In this document: positions 46,241 through 55,523 of the stretch, one piece after another
Numbering within the stretch: the first letter of the stretch is position 1
Layout of the letters: each line of letters starts with the position of its first letter
Virus record (IMG/VR): IMGVR_UViG_3300032322_001517
Location: 32,001-96,000 of that record
Reading direction: 5' to 3' (one strand)
DNA: 64,000 nt
Source: a virus
The notes under the pieces: model-generated
The model's database searches: none
Told to the model about the DNA's origin: nothing
What the model saw: the letters and a program-made list of their open reading frames with translations, nothing else
Made by a program: the position numbers and the translations under genes

Positions 46241-47194
46241 ATGAAAAAAATGAAATTTATATTATTACTTTTATTTATCTTTATATCGACGACTTCCTTA
46301 AAGAGTCAAGAATTGAACATCATTCTGTCTTCTGAAAGCGATGGTCATACAACCAGCGCAAGAATTTTCGGAAAATATCTTGGTATGTATATGCGTGAAA
46401 ATCCGAGAGTGGTTTACCGAGTTGTTCCTGGTGCTGCTGGATTGAACTCAACAAATTATTTGTATAATATCGCCCCCAGAGATGGTAGAACTATTGGTAT
46501 TATGTTTAAAAACATACCTATCGTCGGAGCTATTGGTGGACCAAATATCAATTTTGATGCTAGTAAATTTACTTGGATTGGCTCATTTGCTGATGGCAGA
46601 CTAGACGCATCTATTCTTATTTCCAACAAACAATTATCAGAAGATAGAGAACTTATTGTTGGCTCTGATAATGTTGTTTTGGCAAATCCTGTAGATTTTA
46701 TTGAAAGGTATGCTGGTTTAAGAATGAGAAAAATTGTTGGATACAATAGCTCCAACGCTATTCGTTTAGCTTTTCTAAGAGGCGAAGTGGATGCTTTTGT
46801 GACTAGCATCCTAGGCGTAACGACCTTTGACCCAACATGGCTAGAAAGGTATCCTGTTATAGTACAGTTTGGTAATGGTAAAAACAGACATCCTCAGTTA
46901 GTTAGAGTTCCAACTCTTGCCGAAATGGTAAAAGACCAAGATGGTCAGAGGATTCTTAAGATAATCGAAGATCAATTCGCTTTGATTAGACCTTACGTAG
47001 CTCCTCCGGAAATACCAAAAGAAGCTGCTGCAGAATTACGTCGAGCTTTCGCGAAAGCTGTTGAGGACAAACAATTTATCGAGGAAATTGGTAAATTACA
47101 AATTAATGTAAATCCAATTTTTCATGAAGAAGCTCAAGCTATCGTAAACCAAACAGTTAACATAGACAAAACTTTAAGAGATAAACTCAAGTAA
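46241..47194 (+). CDS. TctC/Bug family tripartite tricarboxylate transporter substrate-binding protein
   Basis: signal peptide, PGAAGL..TNYLYNIAPRDG.TIG, FTWIGS, LAFLRGEVD, VPTLAE, RPYVAPP. Confidence 0.85.
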   Translation: MKKMKFILLLLFIFISTTSLKSQELNIILSSESDGHTTSARIFGKYLGMYMRENPRVVYRVVPGAAGLNSTNYLYNIAPRDGRTIGIMFKNIPIVGAIGGPNINFDASKFTWIGSFADGRLDASILISNKQLSEDRELIVGSDNVVLANPVDFIERYAGLRMRKIVGYNSSNAIRLAFLRGEVDAFVTSILGVTTFDPTWLERYPVIVQFGNGKNRHPQLVRVPTLAEMVKDQDGQRILKIIEDQFALIRPYVAPPEIPKEAAAELRRAFAKAVEDKQFIEEIGKLQINVNPIFHEEAQAIVNQTVNIDKTLRDKLK

Positions 47195-48230
47195 TATAAT
47201 AATTTTTAGTAAAAATTTCGTATCTATTTTTTAAAGGAACTTGTTTCATAAGTTTCCTCAAAGCTTGACGATAAACTTCGTATATACATGAATTTTTGTG
47301 GTTTAAAATATACAAATCTCTACCACTTAAAAACATGTTAGAGTTTTTCTTAGAAATCCATTCTAAAGGATAACGCAAGTCATAAATCAGTTTATGAATT
47401 ATGTTATTATAATTACTATCAAAATTTTCTTGAGATATGCTACGTTCAACAACTACACATCGAATATAAAAATCCTTAATGATGTGTAGTTGTTTTCTCA
47501 TTATATTATGGGCTTCCGGATCGCTATAAAAATTAATCTTAACATTATGATCGAATTCAAACTTAGAATAGGTGCAGATAGAAGCATCTGAAAAATTTAA
47601 ATACAATTTTCCTGATTCTTTTCTTTTTAAAGACGGTTTTTCGTTACCGAAAACTAAAGCTGTGTTCCTTTTCGTTTTCAAAAATTTACCTAAATCGTAC
47701 CAAAACAGATAGGTGATACTAGGATACGCTCCTATGTATTTGTAATAATCATCACCATAATCATTCAACAAAGAAAAGTTGTTTAGATTATTAAAATATT
47801 CTGTATAATCAATAAACGTTTTCTTAGTATTAGGCAGATGTAGTCTGTTTAAGTTGTTTTTAACATTACAATAAATGTCTTTATTGTTGTATAAGTCTAT
47901 TTCTTTATCAGGGTGTTGAGAAAACGAACCGATAGAAACGATCTCGTCAATATGAATGTTATTATAATAAAACGTTTCTAAAATATTGGTAGAATCGATG
48001 CCACCAGAATAACAAAGAACTACGTAATCGTAATCATTTCTGATCTGCTCAGCTCGTTCTTTATACAATTGCGGTAAAGATTCTTTCGGTTCTGTTTTCC
48101 AATCAATTTTGTCGAATTCATTATCTCTCCAATACAAATTGATTGGAGCGTATTTTTTAATATTATCTTGCAAAGCATCGTATCTGTTGTCGTAAATATG
48201 ATTATTTACTGCATTATAATAATAGTACAT
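47187..48230 (-). CDS. PP-loop ATP pyrophosphatase-like protein (paralog of 44982..46217)
   Basis: W.TEP.ESL..LYKERA.QIR..YDYVVLCYSGGIDS, GNEKP, KQLHII; start revised from 48272 (TAATG overlap). Confidence 0.75.
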   Translation of the reverse strand: MYYYYNAVNNHIYDNRYDALQDNIKKYAPINLYWRDNEFDKIDWKTEPKESLPQLYKERAEQIRNDYDYVVLCYSGGIDSTNILETFYYNNIHIDEIVSIGSFSQHPDKEIDLYNNKDIYCNVKNNLNRLHLPNTKKTFIDYTEYFNNLNNFSLLNDYGDDYYKYIGAYPSITYLFWYDLGKFLKTKRNTALVFGNEKPSLKRKESGKLYLNFSDASICTYSKFEFDHNVKINFYSDPEAHNIMRKQLHIIKDFYIRCVVVERSISQENFDSNYNNIIHKLIYDLRYPLEWISKKNSNMFLSGRDLYILNHKNSCIYEVYRQALRKLMKQVPLKNRYEIFTKNYYIT

Positions 48231-49033
48231 TAAAAATTTCTTTTTAAAAATTCTGAAGCGTTCATACGCCAACTATATTCAGGTATACGTTCTTTATTAG
48301 TCTTCAGCCATCTAAACCATTCTAATGTAAGCGGCGACAACTTCAAAGTAATTTTATCACGATATGGTATGTTGTATAACCTACACTTAAATTGTTGTGA
48401 ATTTTCATCAGGCGTGTTACACATTTCTGAAACCATTGAATAAACGATTTCAGGTGTGTGTAAAAAAAAATCGTAAGTATAACCTGGATATAACACATCA
48501 GTATAAAAATCCCATTCATTAATTTCAGTACAAACTTTGTTTTCCATATCTCCGACCATATGTTCGCCCTTAATATATATTCCACCATTTTCTCTAGCAT
48601 ATTCTGCCATTACCAGAGCTGGAATAGAACCTATACCGAAGCTATTAATAACATCATGAACTTGAGTTTTATGGCGAAATATAATGTCTTTCTCATCAAT
48701 GTTTATAACAGTAGGATTTACACTATACTCTTTACAAATATCAAAGGCTATAGAGCTTTCTTCTTTATAACATGTAGAATAAACGATAACTGGTTTAAAA
48801 GGAATATTAAGTTCTGTTAAACGACGGAACACATACTCTGAGTCGATTCCACCACTTAGCCCAACAAACAGCTTGTTGTTTAAAGCATAGAGTTTTTCAG
48901 CAACCTCTTTAGTTGCTTCATCAAAGTTAAGTTTACGGTATTTCGGTATGTTGAATTTGACTTGTAAGTCAGCATTTTTGTTTCGCAGTCTTTCACGTAA
49001 GTTATGAGTAAGCCAATCATTTTCCGTCGCCAT
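48230..49033 (-). CDS. PP-loop ATP pyrophosphatase-like protein
   Basis: LFVGLSGGIDSEYV, FF.HTPE; start revised from 49084. Confidence 0.7.
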   Translation of the reverse strand: MATENDWLTHNLRERLRNKNADLQVKFNIPKYRKLNFDEATKEVAEKLYALNNKLFVGLSGGIDSEYVFRRLTELNIPFKPVIVYSTCYKEESSIAFDICKEYSVNPTVINIDEKDIIFRHKTQVHDVINSFGIGSIPALVMAEYARENGGIYIKGEHMVGDMENKVCTEINEWDFYTDVLYPGYTYDFFLHTPEIVYSMVSEMCNTPDENSQQFKCRLYNIPYRDKITLKLSPLTLEWFRWLKTNKERIPEYSWRMNASEFLKRNF

Positions 49034-49463
49034 AATATTTCCAAGTTCCAAATAATATATCCCAAATAGGAAAAAACACACCATAATTATAATTTTTGTG
49101 GTAATGGTGCACCATATGCCACTTACCGCTAGTTAAAATAGGATAAATGCTAAAATTAGGATTGTGTTCTACAGCTTCTTGAATAAAAGCAGCCCAAATA
49201 TAATATACAACAAACAACCACCAACCAAATATAAAGCTCATAAGGATAGTTGGAATAACCTCAGTGTACCACTGATCTAATGTGCTTTTAGGAGAGTCAA
49301 AATACAGAAACAAATTTTTCCAGTTCAACCCCTGAAATGTGTTCTGTGATATTTGCTTATGGTGGTCTGCATGTATGTGTTTGAAATAAGGAAGAATATG
49401 AACTAATCTATGAGTCCAGTAAATTATAAAAGTCCAAAAAACAAAGACTAGAACATAATACAT
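49017..49463 (-). CDS. fatty-acid hydroxylase / sterol desaturase family membrane protein
   Basis: YWTHR.VH, HADHH, WHMVHH, NYG...IWD.LFGT. Confidence 0.88.
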   Translation of the reverse strand: MYYVLVFVFWTFIIYWTHRLVHILPYFKHIHADHHKQISQNTFQGLNWKNLFLYFDSPKSTLDQWYTEVIPTILMSFIFGWWLFVVYYIWAAFIQEAVEHNPNFSIYPILTSGKWHMVHHYHKNYNYGVFFPIWDILFGTWKYYGDGK

Positions 49464-49471
49464 TTACCATT

Positions 49472-49801
49472 TTACTCCTCGTAAAACCCTCTTTCAACAG
49501 ACCATTTTGTCGCACCGATATTGATAGGAACTTCTAGTTTTGGTATATTATTTGGATAGCTAGGATCAATTTCTTTTATAATTTCGTAGAGCTGCCTTTC
49601 TTCCTCTGTAATAGGTATTTCGTTCAGAGTAATTTCTACTAGCTTATAATTTTCAGGAACAGGATCTTCGAAAGTATTAACCATAATAATATTTTCTACA
49701 ATATTAGTAGATAAATTTACCAAAGCAGCTTTTTTCGGCGATAGATTACCTACAATTTCAAATGTATCTAAATTTAACATTGCAATGTTATCGACAGACA
49801 T
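49472..49801 (-). CDS. hypothetical (tail-fibre associated) protein
   Basis: VENIIMV...INIG.TKW pattern; coupled to upstream ORF. Confidence 0.55.
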   Translation of the reverse strand: MSVDNIAMLNLDTFEIVGNLSPKKAALVNLSTNIVENIIMVNTFEDPVPENYKLVEITLNEIPITEEERQLYEIIKEIDPSYPNNIPKLEVPINIGATKWSVERGFYEE

Positions 49802-50424
49802 TATTTTATCTCCAGTAATTTTGGTATGTCTAACTTATTATTTCCTAACTTTTCAACAATATTTAAAAAGTTATCATTGGTAGTCATCACTAACTTAATG
49901 TTTTCTATTGCTGGTAAAATATCAGATTGGAATTGAGGATGCTGTCTCATAGTTTGTAAAAGGTCTGTGGAAATAGAACCAGATGCTAACAAACTATTTT
50001 CAGCACGTTTAACCAATTCAAATTTCCACTCTTCCATCTGAATAGCCTCATGCGCTTCATGATCAGATAGGTGTGAATATTTTCTGTAAGGTTGCAAACG
50101 ATCAATGCATTTTTGAATAAAATCTAATTCTCTTTTTGCAGCTTCAATGTTTCTACGAAGGAAATCTTCGTTGTTTTTCATATCAACCAACTCAGCCTTA
50201 CCTTCTAAAACAGTCGCAGGATCATCAGAATCAATCATTTTTTCAGCGCGCAAAATTTTAGCTTTGGCTCGAAGTTCATTGCCCTCGATTTGAGCCAAAG
50301 CCATTTCGCGTTCTTCTTGTAAATCTTTTAGCAGAGAATATGCAGCATCAGGTGTATGACAAGAACCAGCTAAAAAATAAGCAATTTGAAAATCATGATT
50401 AACTCTATTATTTTTAGAAGTCAT
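49801..50424 (-). CDS. coiled-coil hypothetical protein downstream of tail fibres
   Basis: FQIAYFLAGSCHTPD...EEW. Confidence 0.65.
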   Translation of the reverse strand: MTSKNNRVNHDFQIAYFLAGSCHTPDAAYSLLKDLQEEREMALAQIEGNELRAKAKILRAEKMIDSDDPATVLEGKAELVDMKNNEDFLRRNIEAAKRELDFIQKCIDRLQPYRKYSHLSDHEAHEAIQMEEWKFELVKRAENSLLASGSISTDLLQTMRQHPQFQSDILPAIENIKLVMTTNDNFLNIVEKLGNNKLDIPKLLEIK

Positions 50425-50437
50425 ATTACCACCTCAA

Positions 50438-52258
50438 TTACGAAAAATACGAACCTGTAACGCCTGTGCCAGTAGTTTGGAGTCTAGGAAATGATAAGTT
50501 AGAACCAGTAGAAGTGGTTTCGTTTGAATAACGATAAATTTCTACTGAAGCTAGAGGACTTGTCCAAAAATTGTTGGATTGACCATAAGAAACTATACCA
50601 GCTACATTAGAACTAACAGAACCGCCTGCCCATCTAAATGTAGAAAGCGTAGTACCAGAAGTAACAGTATCTCCTGAATATGTATATTTATACGTACTTC
50701 TATTTTCTCCAGCTGATTGGATACCGCTTGTAATAAGTCCTACAGTAGAGTTTCCTAATGGAACAGCCCATCCTTTAGGATTTGTTAAAGATGTTGCAGC
50801 TGCCATAACGTTAGAAGAGTATGTATACTTTTCAGTAGTAGCGATATAGTTAATTGTATTAGAACCACCACCAGCATAAATTGCCACTGTCGACTTATCT
50901 GTTATAGCTGAATGTAACCATCTTCTTGTAATCAGAGCAGCTGCCGAAGTTCTAGTTTCAGCTGCATAATTATATTTGTCATGCCTTCCAGCAAAAGTTC
51001 CTGGCGAAGTAAGGTTTATCGCGCCACCAGAAACATAACCATCTGTTGTAGTTCCAGTAGCAGCTCCGTAATTAGCAGCATTAGCGATCGTAGCTCCTGC
51101 TGCTACAGCATCTCCCGAATAGGTATACTTAGCAGTAGTCGCAATAGGAGAAGCCGTTTGATTTGCGCCAGCGAAGAAAATAGCTCTGGTTTCATTTCCA
51201 GAACCAGCAGTGCCCATAGCGTGTCTTACAAGGGTAAGGTTAGTTCCAGTTGTAGTAGCGTCTGTCGCATAATAATATTTTGATGTAAGTGCTGTTGAAA
51301 CTGTAGTATAACCACCAGCAATGACGCCAAATTTAGAAGAAGAGAGACCGTAGCCAGAAGACATGGATATTTGGCCGCTAGGAACACTTAGTAAAGTTCT
51401 TACGCTTAAATCGTCCAAACTATTTGATAATGTACTAGGGAAACCAAGAGCCAAGTTTACGTTAGACATACCGATACTACCAGAAGCTGGTAAAGCAACA
51501 GGAGTCCATTCCCAAGAAACTATAATTGCTCCTTGTGCTCCTTCACTGTAATTACTTCCGTCAGGTTGCCCAGCACTAATTATCGCAGTTCCGCCACCAC
51601 CGCCGCCAAAAAGACCACCAGAACCTCCAGGGTAAAATGTGTCTGGCCCATCATCACCAGCATCCCTGCTTTTGGCTCCAGTTCCACCAGACCCAGCATA
51701 GTTAGTACCATAAAAATTACCACGAGGAGCGTCTCCGCCCGTGGATGTTACGCTTGCAGCGCCACCAGTTGCTCCTCCAGCGCCTGAAGTACGTCCACTG
51801 CCATTACCGCCCGCTGCAGTATCACCACCTGCTCCACCACCACCACCATAGTTTTGTCCAGATGAATGTGTTGCTGAAGCTCCGTTACCACCGTTCCATT
51901 TGGTTGTACCAGTGGAATTAGTAGCAGAACCACCTGTGCCACCAGTGCCAGAAGTCGCAGCTCCGCCGTTACCACCCTTGGCTAATACAGTACCACTATT
52001 GAACGAAGTATCACCGCCTACGCCATTAATAGCACCACCAGCTCCAATACTAACCGGAATTGAAGCTCCAATAGTTAACGAAATATTATTACTGATTGCA
52101 CGTGCGCCACCGCCGCCGCCACCAGTTGCTGCTCCACCAGTGTTAGCGCCACCACCACCGCCACCACCAATACAGGAAACGCTGTTATTTGAGTTGTTCC
52201 AAGATTTTGGTACGGTCCAAGTTGTGCCGGAAATAATAACAACTGTGCTTCTTGGCAT
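50438..52258 (-). CDS. glycine-rich tail adhesin / receptor-binding protein with C-terminal kelch-like repeats
   Basis: GTTWTVP..poly-G domain; about six KY.Y...T...GT.L repeats. Confidence 0.7.
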   Translation of the reverse strand: MPRSTVVIISGTTWTVPKSWNNSNNSVSCIGGGGGGGANTGGAATGGGGGGARAISNNISLTIGASIPVSIGAGGAINGVGGDTSFNSGTVLAKGGNGGAATSGTGGTGGSATNSTGTTKWNGGNGASATHSSGQNYGGGGGAGGDTAAGGNGSGRTSGAGGATGGAASVTSTGGDAPRGNFYGTNYAGSGGTGAKSRDAGDDGPDTFYPGGSGGLFGGGGGGTAIISAGQPDGSNYSEGAQGAIIVSWEWTPVALPASGSIGMSNVNLALGFPSTLSNSLDDLSVRTLLSVPSGQISMSSGYGLSSSKFGVIAGGYTTVSTALTSKYYYATDATTTGTNLTLVRHAMGTAGSGNETRAIFFAGANQTASPIATTAKYTYSGDAVAAGATIANAANYGAATGTTTDGYVSGGAINLTSPGTFAGRHDKYNYAAETRTSAAALITRRWLHSAITDKSTVAIYAGGGSNTINYIATTEKYTYSSNVMAAATSLTNPKGWAVPLGNSTVGLITSGIQSAGENRSTYKYTYSGDTVTSGTTLSTFRWAGGSVSSNVAGIVSYGQSNNFWTSPLASVEIYRYSNETTSTGSNLSFPRLQTTGTGVTGSYFS

Positions 52259-52260
52259 AA

Positions 52261-54933
52261 TTACTCTTTCTTAAGTTTTTCGACTTCAGCAGAAAGTTCC
52301 TTAACCGCTTCAATCAATAAAGCAACGATTCTGTCATATTTAACAGCTTTTATACCATCATCTCTTTCAGAAACAACTTCTGGTAAAACTTTTTCGATTT
52401 CTTGTGCAATAACACCAACATCGTGTTTCTTAACAAAATATTTATCAACATGATTACGAGTTTCAATATATTCGTCGCTCCAATCAAATTCTACACCACG
52501 AATTTGTTTTACTTTTTCAAGAGCATTTGAAATTTTCACAACATTATTTTTTAATCTTGCGTCGGAAGAATAAAAAGCTGTTACGTCACCATAAACATTA
52601 AAATTAAAATTGCCTGAGGCAAAAGTAGAACCTGCGACAGCATTAGTACCTTCAATTTGAAATCTACTAGTGGTAGCAGTTTCATCAGTTATATGAAAAT
52701 AACCGTCGTCCTTTTGCAAAACTCTCCAATCTCTTCCGCCTGTAGCATTTTGTAATTTAACGCCACCATTTATTCCAGTTCCATTTATTGTAATTAACCC
52801 TGTTAATGTATCTGCGCTATCACTTCTAGCATAATTAGCAGCAGCAACACCACCCAAAAACGATGCGTTGTTAGCGGACAATGTTCCAACATATGTAGTA
52901 TTAACAAATAATCCAGTAGAGTTCGCAACAATACCTGTATTCGCAAGAACAAACAATCCAGTAGCATTAGCGACGATGCCATTATTCGCAAGTACAGATA
53001 CCGTTCCTGTTGTTGTAACAGGTCCACCTATCATACCATTACCAGTAGCAACAGATGTTACTGTACCACCAGAGGTATCATCAGCAGCCCAATAGGTTGC
53101 TGTGCCATTAGTGTGAAGAACATGTCCAGCAGTACCAAACGAACCGTTGGCAGATAAACCAGAAGAACCTAATATGACGTTTGCGCCAAAAGTAGTTACA
53201 GCACTTCTTGTAAATGCTGTTGAAGTTGTGTAAGAAACAGCATTAGTATAAGCTGTACCAGCTTTCGTTGTTGCGTCAGAAGCAGCAACAGAAACAGCAT
53301 TAGTATACGCAGTAGCCGCTGTTGAGTCACTATAGCTTCTCAAGGTTGCGGCAGTATTACCACCAACAGTAGCAGCACTCACACTAGTTAAAGAAGCACC
53401 ATTACCAGAAACGTTTACTGCAACTAAATTATTGGCGTATACATTTTGCCATCTTAATGTGTTTAATCCAAGATCCCAGCTATTGTTAGCTGATGGCATC
53501 AAACCAATATTAAATTCCCAAGTATTTGATGCAAAAGTATAACGCATCGACGCACCAGAAACATCAACAGACAATCCAGCGCCGTCAGTAGCAGCAGCAG
53601 ATGCTGCATTTTTAGCTACTGTAATATTTTTATCAGCAACATCAAGGTTAGTTACGTTAGCATATAAAGTAGTGCCAGTAACAATCAAGTTACCTGTAAT
53701 AGTAACGTTAGCGTTTACGTTAACAGGACCAGTAAATGTATCACCAGCTTTTAGAGCATAAAGAGTTAGGTTGCTAGAAAGCTGAGCGCTGTTAACATAC
53801 GCAGAATTAATATGAACGCCAGTAGCATTAACAACTAGACCTGTATTACCAAGTACAGCAACACCACCAGATGTTACTGTAATACCATTAGCGGCAGCTA
53901 CAGCTATTGCATCAGCAGAAACAGAAACACCGTTACCAGCGCCAACGTCTAATGTAACAGCTCCTGAAGTACCACCACCTGTTAAACCGTTACCAGCTGT
54001 TACAGCTGAAATATCACCAACTTCAGTTGCCCAATAAGTAGCGCTACCATTTGAGTGAAGCACCTGACCAGCAGTACCAAACGTACCGTTGGCTGACACT
54101 CCTACAGAACCAAAAGAAACGTTAGCATTAAACGTAGTATTAGCGTTGAATGTAGTAACACCAGTTCTTGTGAAAGAAGCAGTAGTGTTAATAATATTAA
54201 CTGGTATTTGAGCGTATGGTAGAGTACCAGAATTTATATTAGTAGCGTTGGTATAAAAGGAAGCTTCTTGACCATTAAAATGAGTAGTATTGTTAGCAGT
54301 TAGTCTAGCAACGTTAGCAGACAATCCAGCAGTTGTCTGATAGTTCGTTAAGTTTGCAGAAAGCTGAGAATTAGAAACAACGTTAGCAGCGGAAACTGTT
54401 CCAACAAAGGATGTATTATTAGCTGTTAATGTAGCAACGTTAGCAGACAATCCAGCAGTTGTCTGATAAAGAGCCAAATTGCCAGATAATTGAGCTGTGT
54501 TAACAACTGCAGCAGCTGATGTAGTACCAACAAAAGATGTATTATTAGCTGTTAATTTAGCAACGTTAGCAGATAGTCCAGCAGTTGTTTGGTAGTTTGC
54601 TAAATTATTAGTTAAGTTTGTAGTTGTTACATAATTGGCAAGATTACCTGAAAGCTGTGCGGTGTTAACGACAGCAGCTGCAGCAGTAGTACCTACGAAT
54701 GATGTATTGTTAGCAGTGCCTGTAAATGATGTAGAGTTAACTGTAACATTGGCAACAGTGTTACCTATTATTAAAGTAGTCGCAGTAACTCTAACATTGG
54801 CAGTGCTGTTACCAACAGCAACAGTAGAAGTATTAACTGCTACGTTTGAACCAAGGTTTACTTGAGTAGAATTTGCAGTAAAAGCTGTGTTTACTACTAG
54901 ACCGTTTTTTACTACAAAATCGAATTCTGCCAT
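52261..54933 (-). CDS. tail fibre protein with C-terminal intramolecular chaperone (peptidase S74)
   Basis: SSDARLKNN, GVIAQEIE, VKYDRIVALLIEAVKEL. Confidence 0.9.
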   Translation of the reverse strand: MAEFDFVVKNGLVVNTAFTANSTQVNLGSNVAVNTSTVAVGNSTANVRVTATTLIIGNTVANVTVNSTSFTGTANNTSFVGTTAAAAVVNTAQLSGNLANYVTTTNLTNNLANYQTTAGLSANVAKLTANNTSFVGTTSAAAVVNTAQLSGNLALYQTTAGLSANVATLTANNTSFVGTVSAANVVSNSQLSANLTNYQTTAGLSANVARLTANNTTHFNGQEASFYTNATNINSGTLPYAQIPVNIINTTASFTRTGVTTFNANTTFNANVSFGSVGVSANGTFGTAGQVLHSNGSATYWATEVGDISAVTAGNGLTGGGTSGAVTLDVGAGNGVSVSADAIAVAAANGITVTSGGVAVLGNTGLVVNATGVHINSAYVNSAQLSSNLTLYALKAGDTFTGPVNVNANVTITGNLIVTGTTLYANVTNLDVADKNITVAKNAASAAATDGAGLSVDVSGASMRYTFASNTWEFNIGLMPSANNSWDLGLNTLRWQNVYANNLVAVNVSGNGASLTSVSAATVGGNTAATLRSYSDSTAATAYTNAVSVAASDATTKAGTAYTNAVSYTTSTAFTRSAVTTFGANVILGSSGLSANGSFGTAGHVLHTNGTATYWAADDTSGGTVTSVATGNGMIGGPVTTTGTVSVLANNGIVANATGLFVLANTGIVANSTGLFVNTTYVGTLSANNASFLGGVAAANYARSDSADTLTGLITINGTGINGGVKLQNATGGRDWRVLQKDDGYFHITDETATTSRFQIEGTNAVAGSTFASGNFNFNVYGDVTAFYSSDARLKNNVVKISNALEKVKQIRGVEFDWSDEYIETRNHVDKYFVKKHDVGVIAQEIEKVLPEVVSERDDGIKAVKYDRIVALLIEAVKELSAEVEKLKKE
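54288..54720 (-). repeat. tandem ~41-codon repeats in tail fibre
   Basis: ANNTSFVGT...QLS.NL..YQTTAGLSANVA.LT repeated 3 times plus a partial unit. Confidence 0.8.
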
Positions 54934-54962
54934 GGTTCACTTCCCCTTTTTGGCTTTATTTT

Positions 54963-54970
54963 TATTTATA
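54963..54970 (-). promoter_or_regulatory. late promoter
   Basis: TATAAATA upstream of 54933 start. Confidence 0.7.
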
Positions 54971-54973
54971 TAA

Positions 54974-55162
54974 TTACAATTTATCTGGAGGCGGGCCAAC
55001 TTCTCTTGGCATATTTTTAACTTGCGAGTCAGCTTGTTTTTGAATTTCTGCAATCAAAGGAGCTACGGCTTCGTAAGGCAAACGAACCAAAGCTGCCATA
55101 ATCATATTAGTCTGTTCAATAGTAAATTCAAACTTGATACTATTCATATTATTTCCTTTCAA
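54974..55162 (-). CDS. small hypothetical protein (tail-fibre associated)
   Basis: LPYE.VAPLI..IQ.QA motif. Confidence 0.65.
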   Translation of the reverse strand: MKGNNMNSIKFEFTIEQTNMIMAALVRLPYEAVAPLIAEIQKQADSQVKNMPREVGPPPDKL

Positions 55163-55171
55163 TATAATAAA

Positions 55172-55522
55172 TTATGTATTAGCAGTTACAGTATTAGATT
55201 CAGCCCATGGAAGTGGCTTTTCTACCACAGGATTTTTCTTCAAATTAATTTGTTCTTGGATTCGCCAATCAATATGTGATTGATCTGTAATTGAATCTTG
55301 TATCCATTGAATAACTATATCTTGTGTTAATTGATCATATGGTACAAAATTTTCAGGATCTACTGATGATATTGACAGTGGAGTTGCGCCTGAAAACGAA
55401 CCCTCATTACCATCTTCATCAACACCTGTTTTAACCCAATATGTTTGAATGACTACATTTTGTAAATCTGTAGTATCAACCACTTTCATTGATGTTACTT
55501 TCCACGTATAAGTAATAGCCAT
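55172..55522 (-). CDS. tail-fibre associated hypothetical protein
   Basis: ITYTWKV, FVPYDQLT...VI.W, LPW. Confidence 0.7.
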   Translation of the reverse strand: MAITYTWKVTSMKVVDTTDLQNVVIQTYWVKTGVDEDGNEGSFSGATPLSISSVDPENFVPYDQLTQDIVIQWIQDSITDQSHIDWRIQEQINLKKNPVVEKPLPWAESNTVTANT

Positions 55523-55523
55523 T

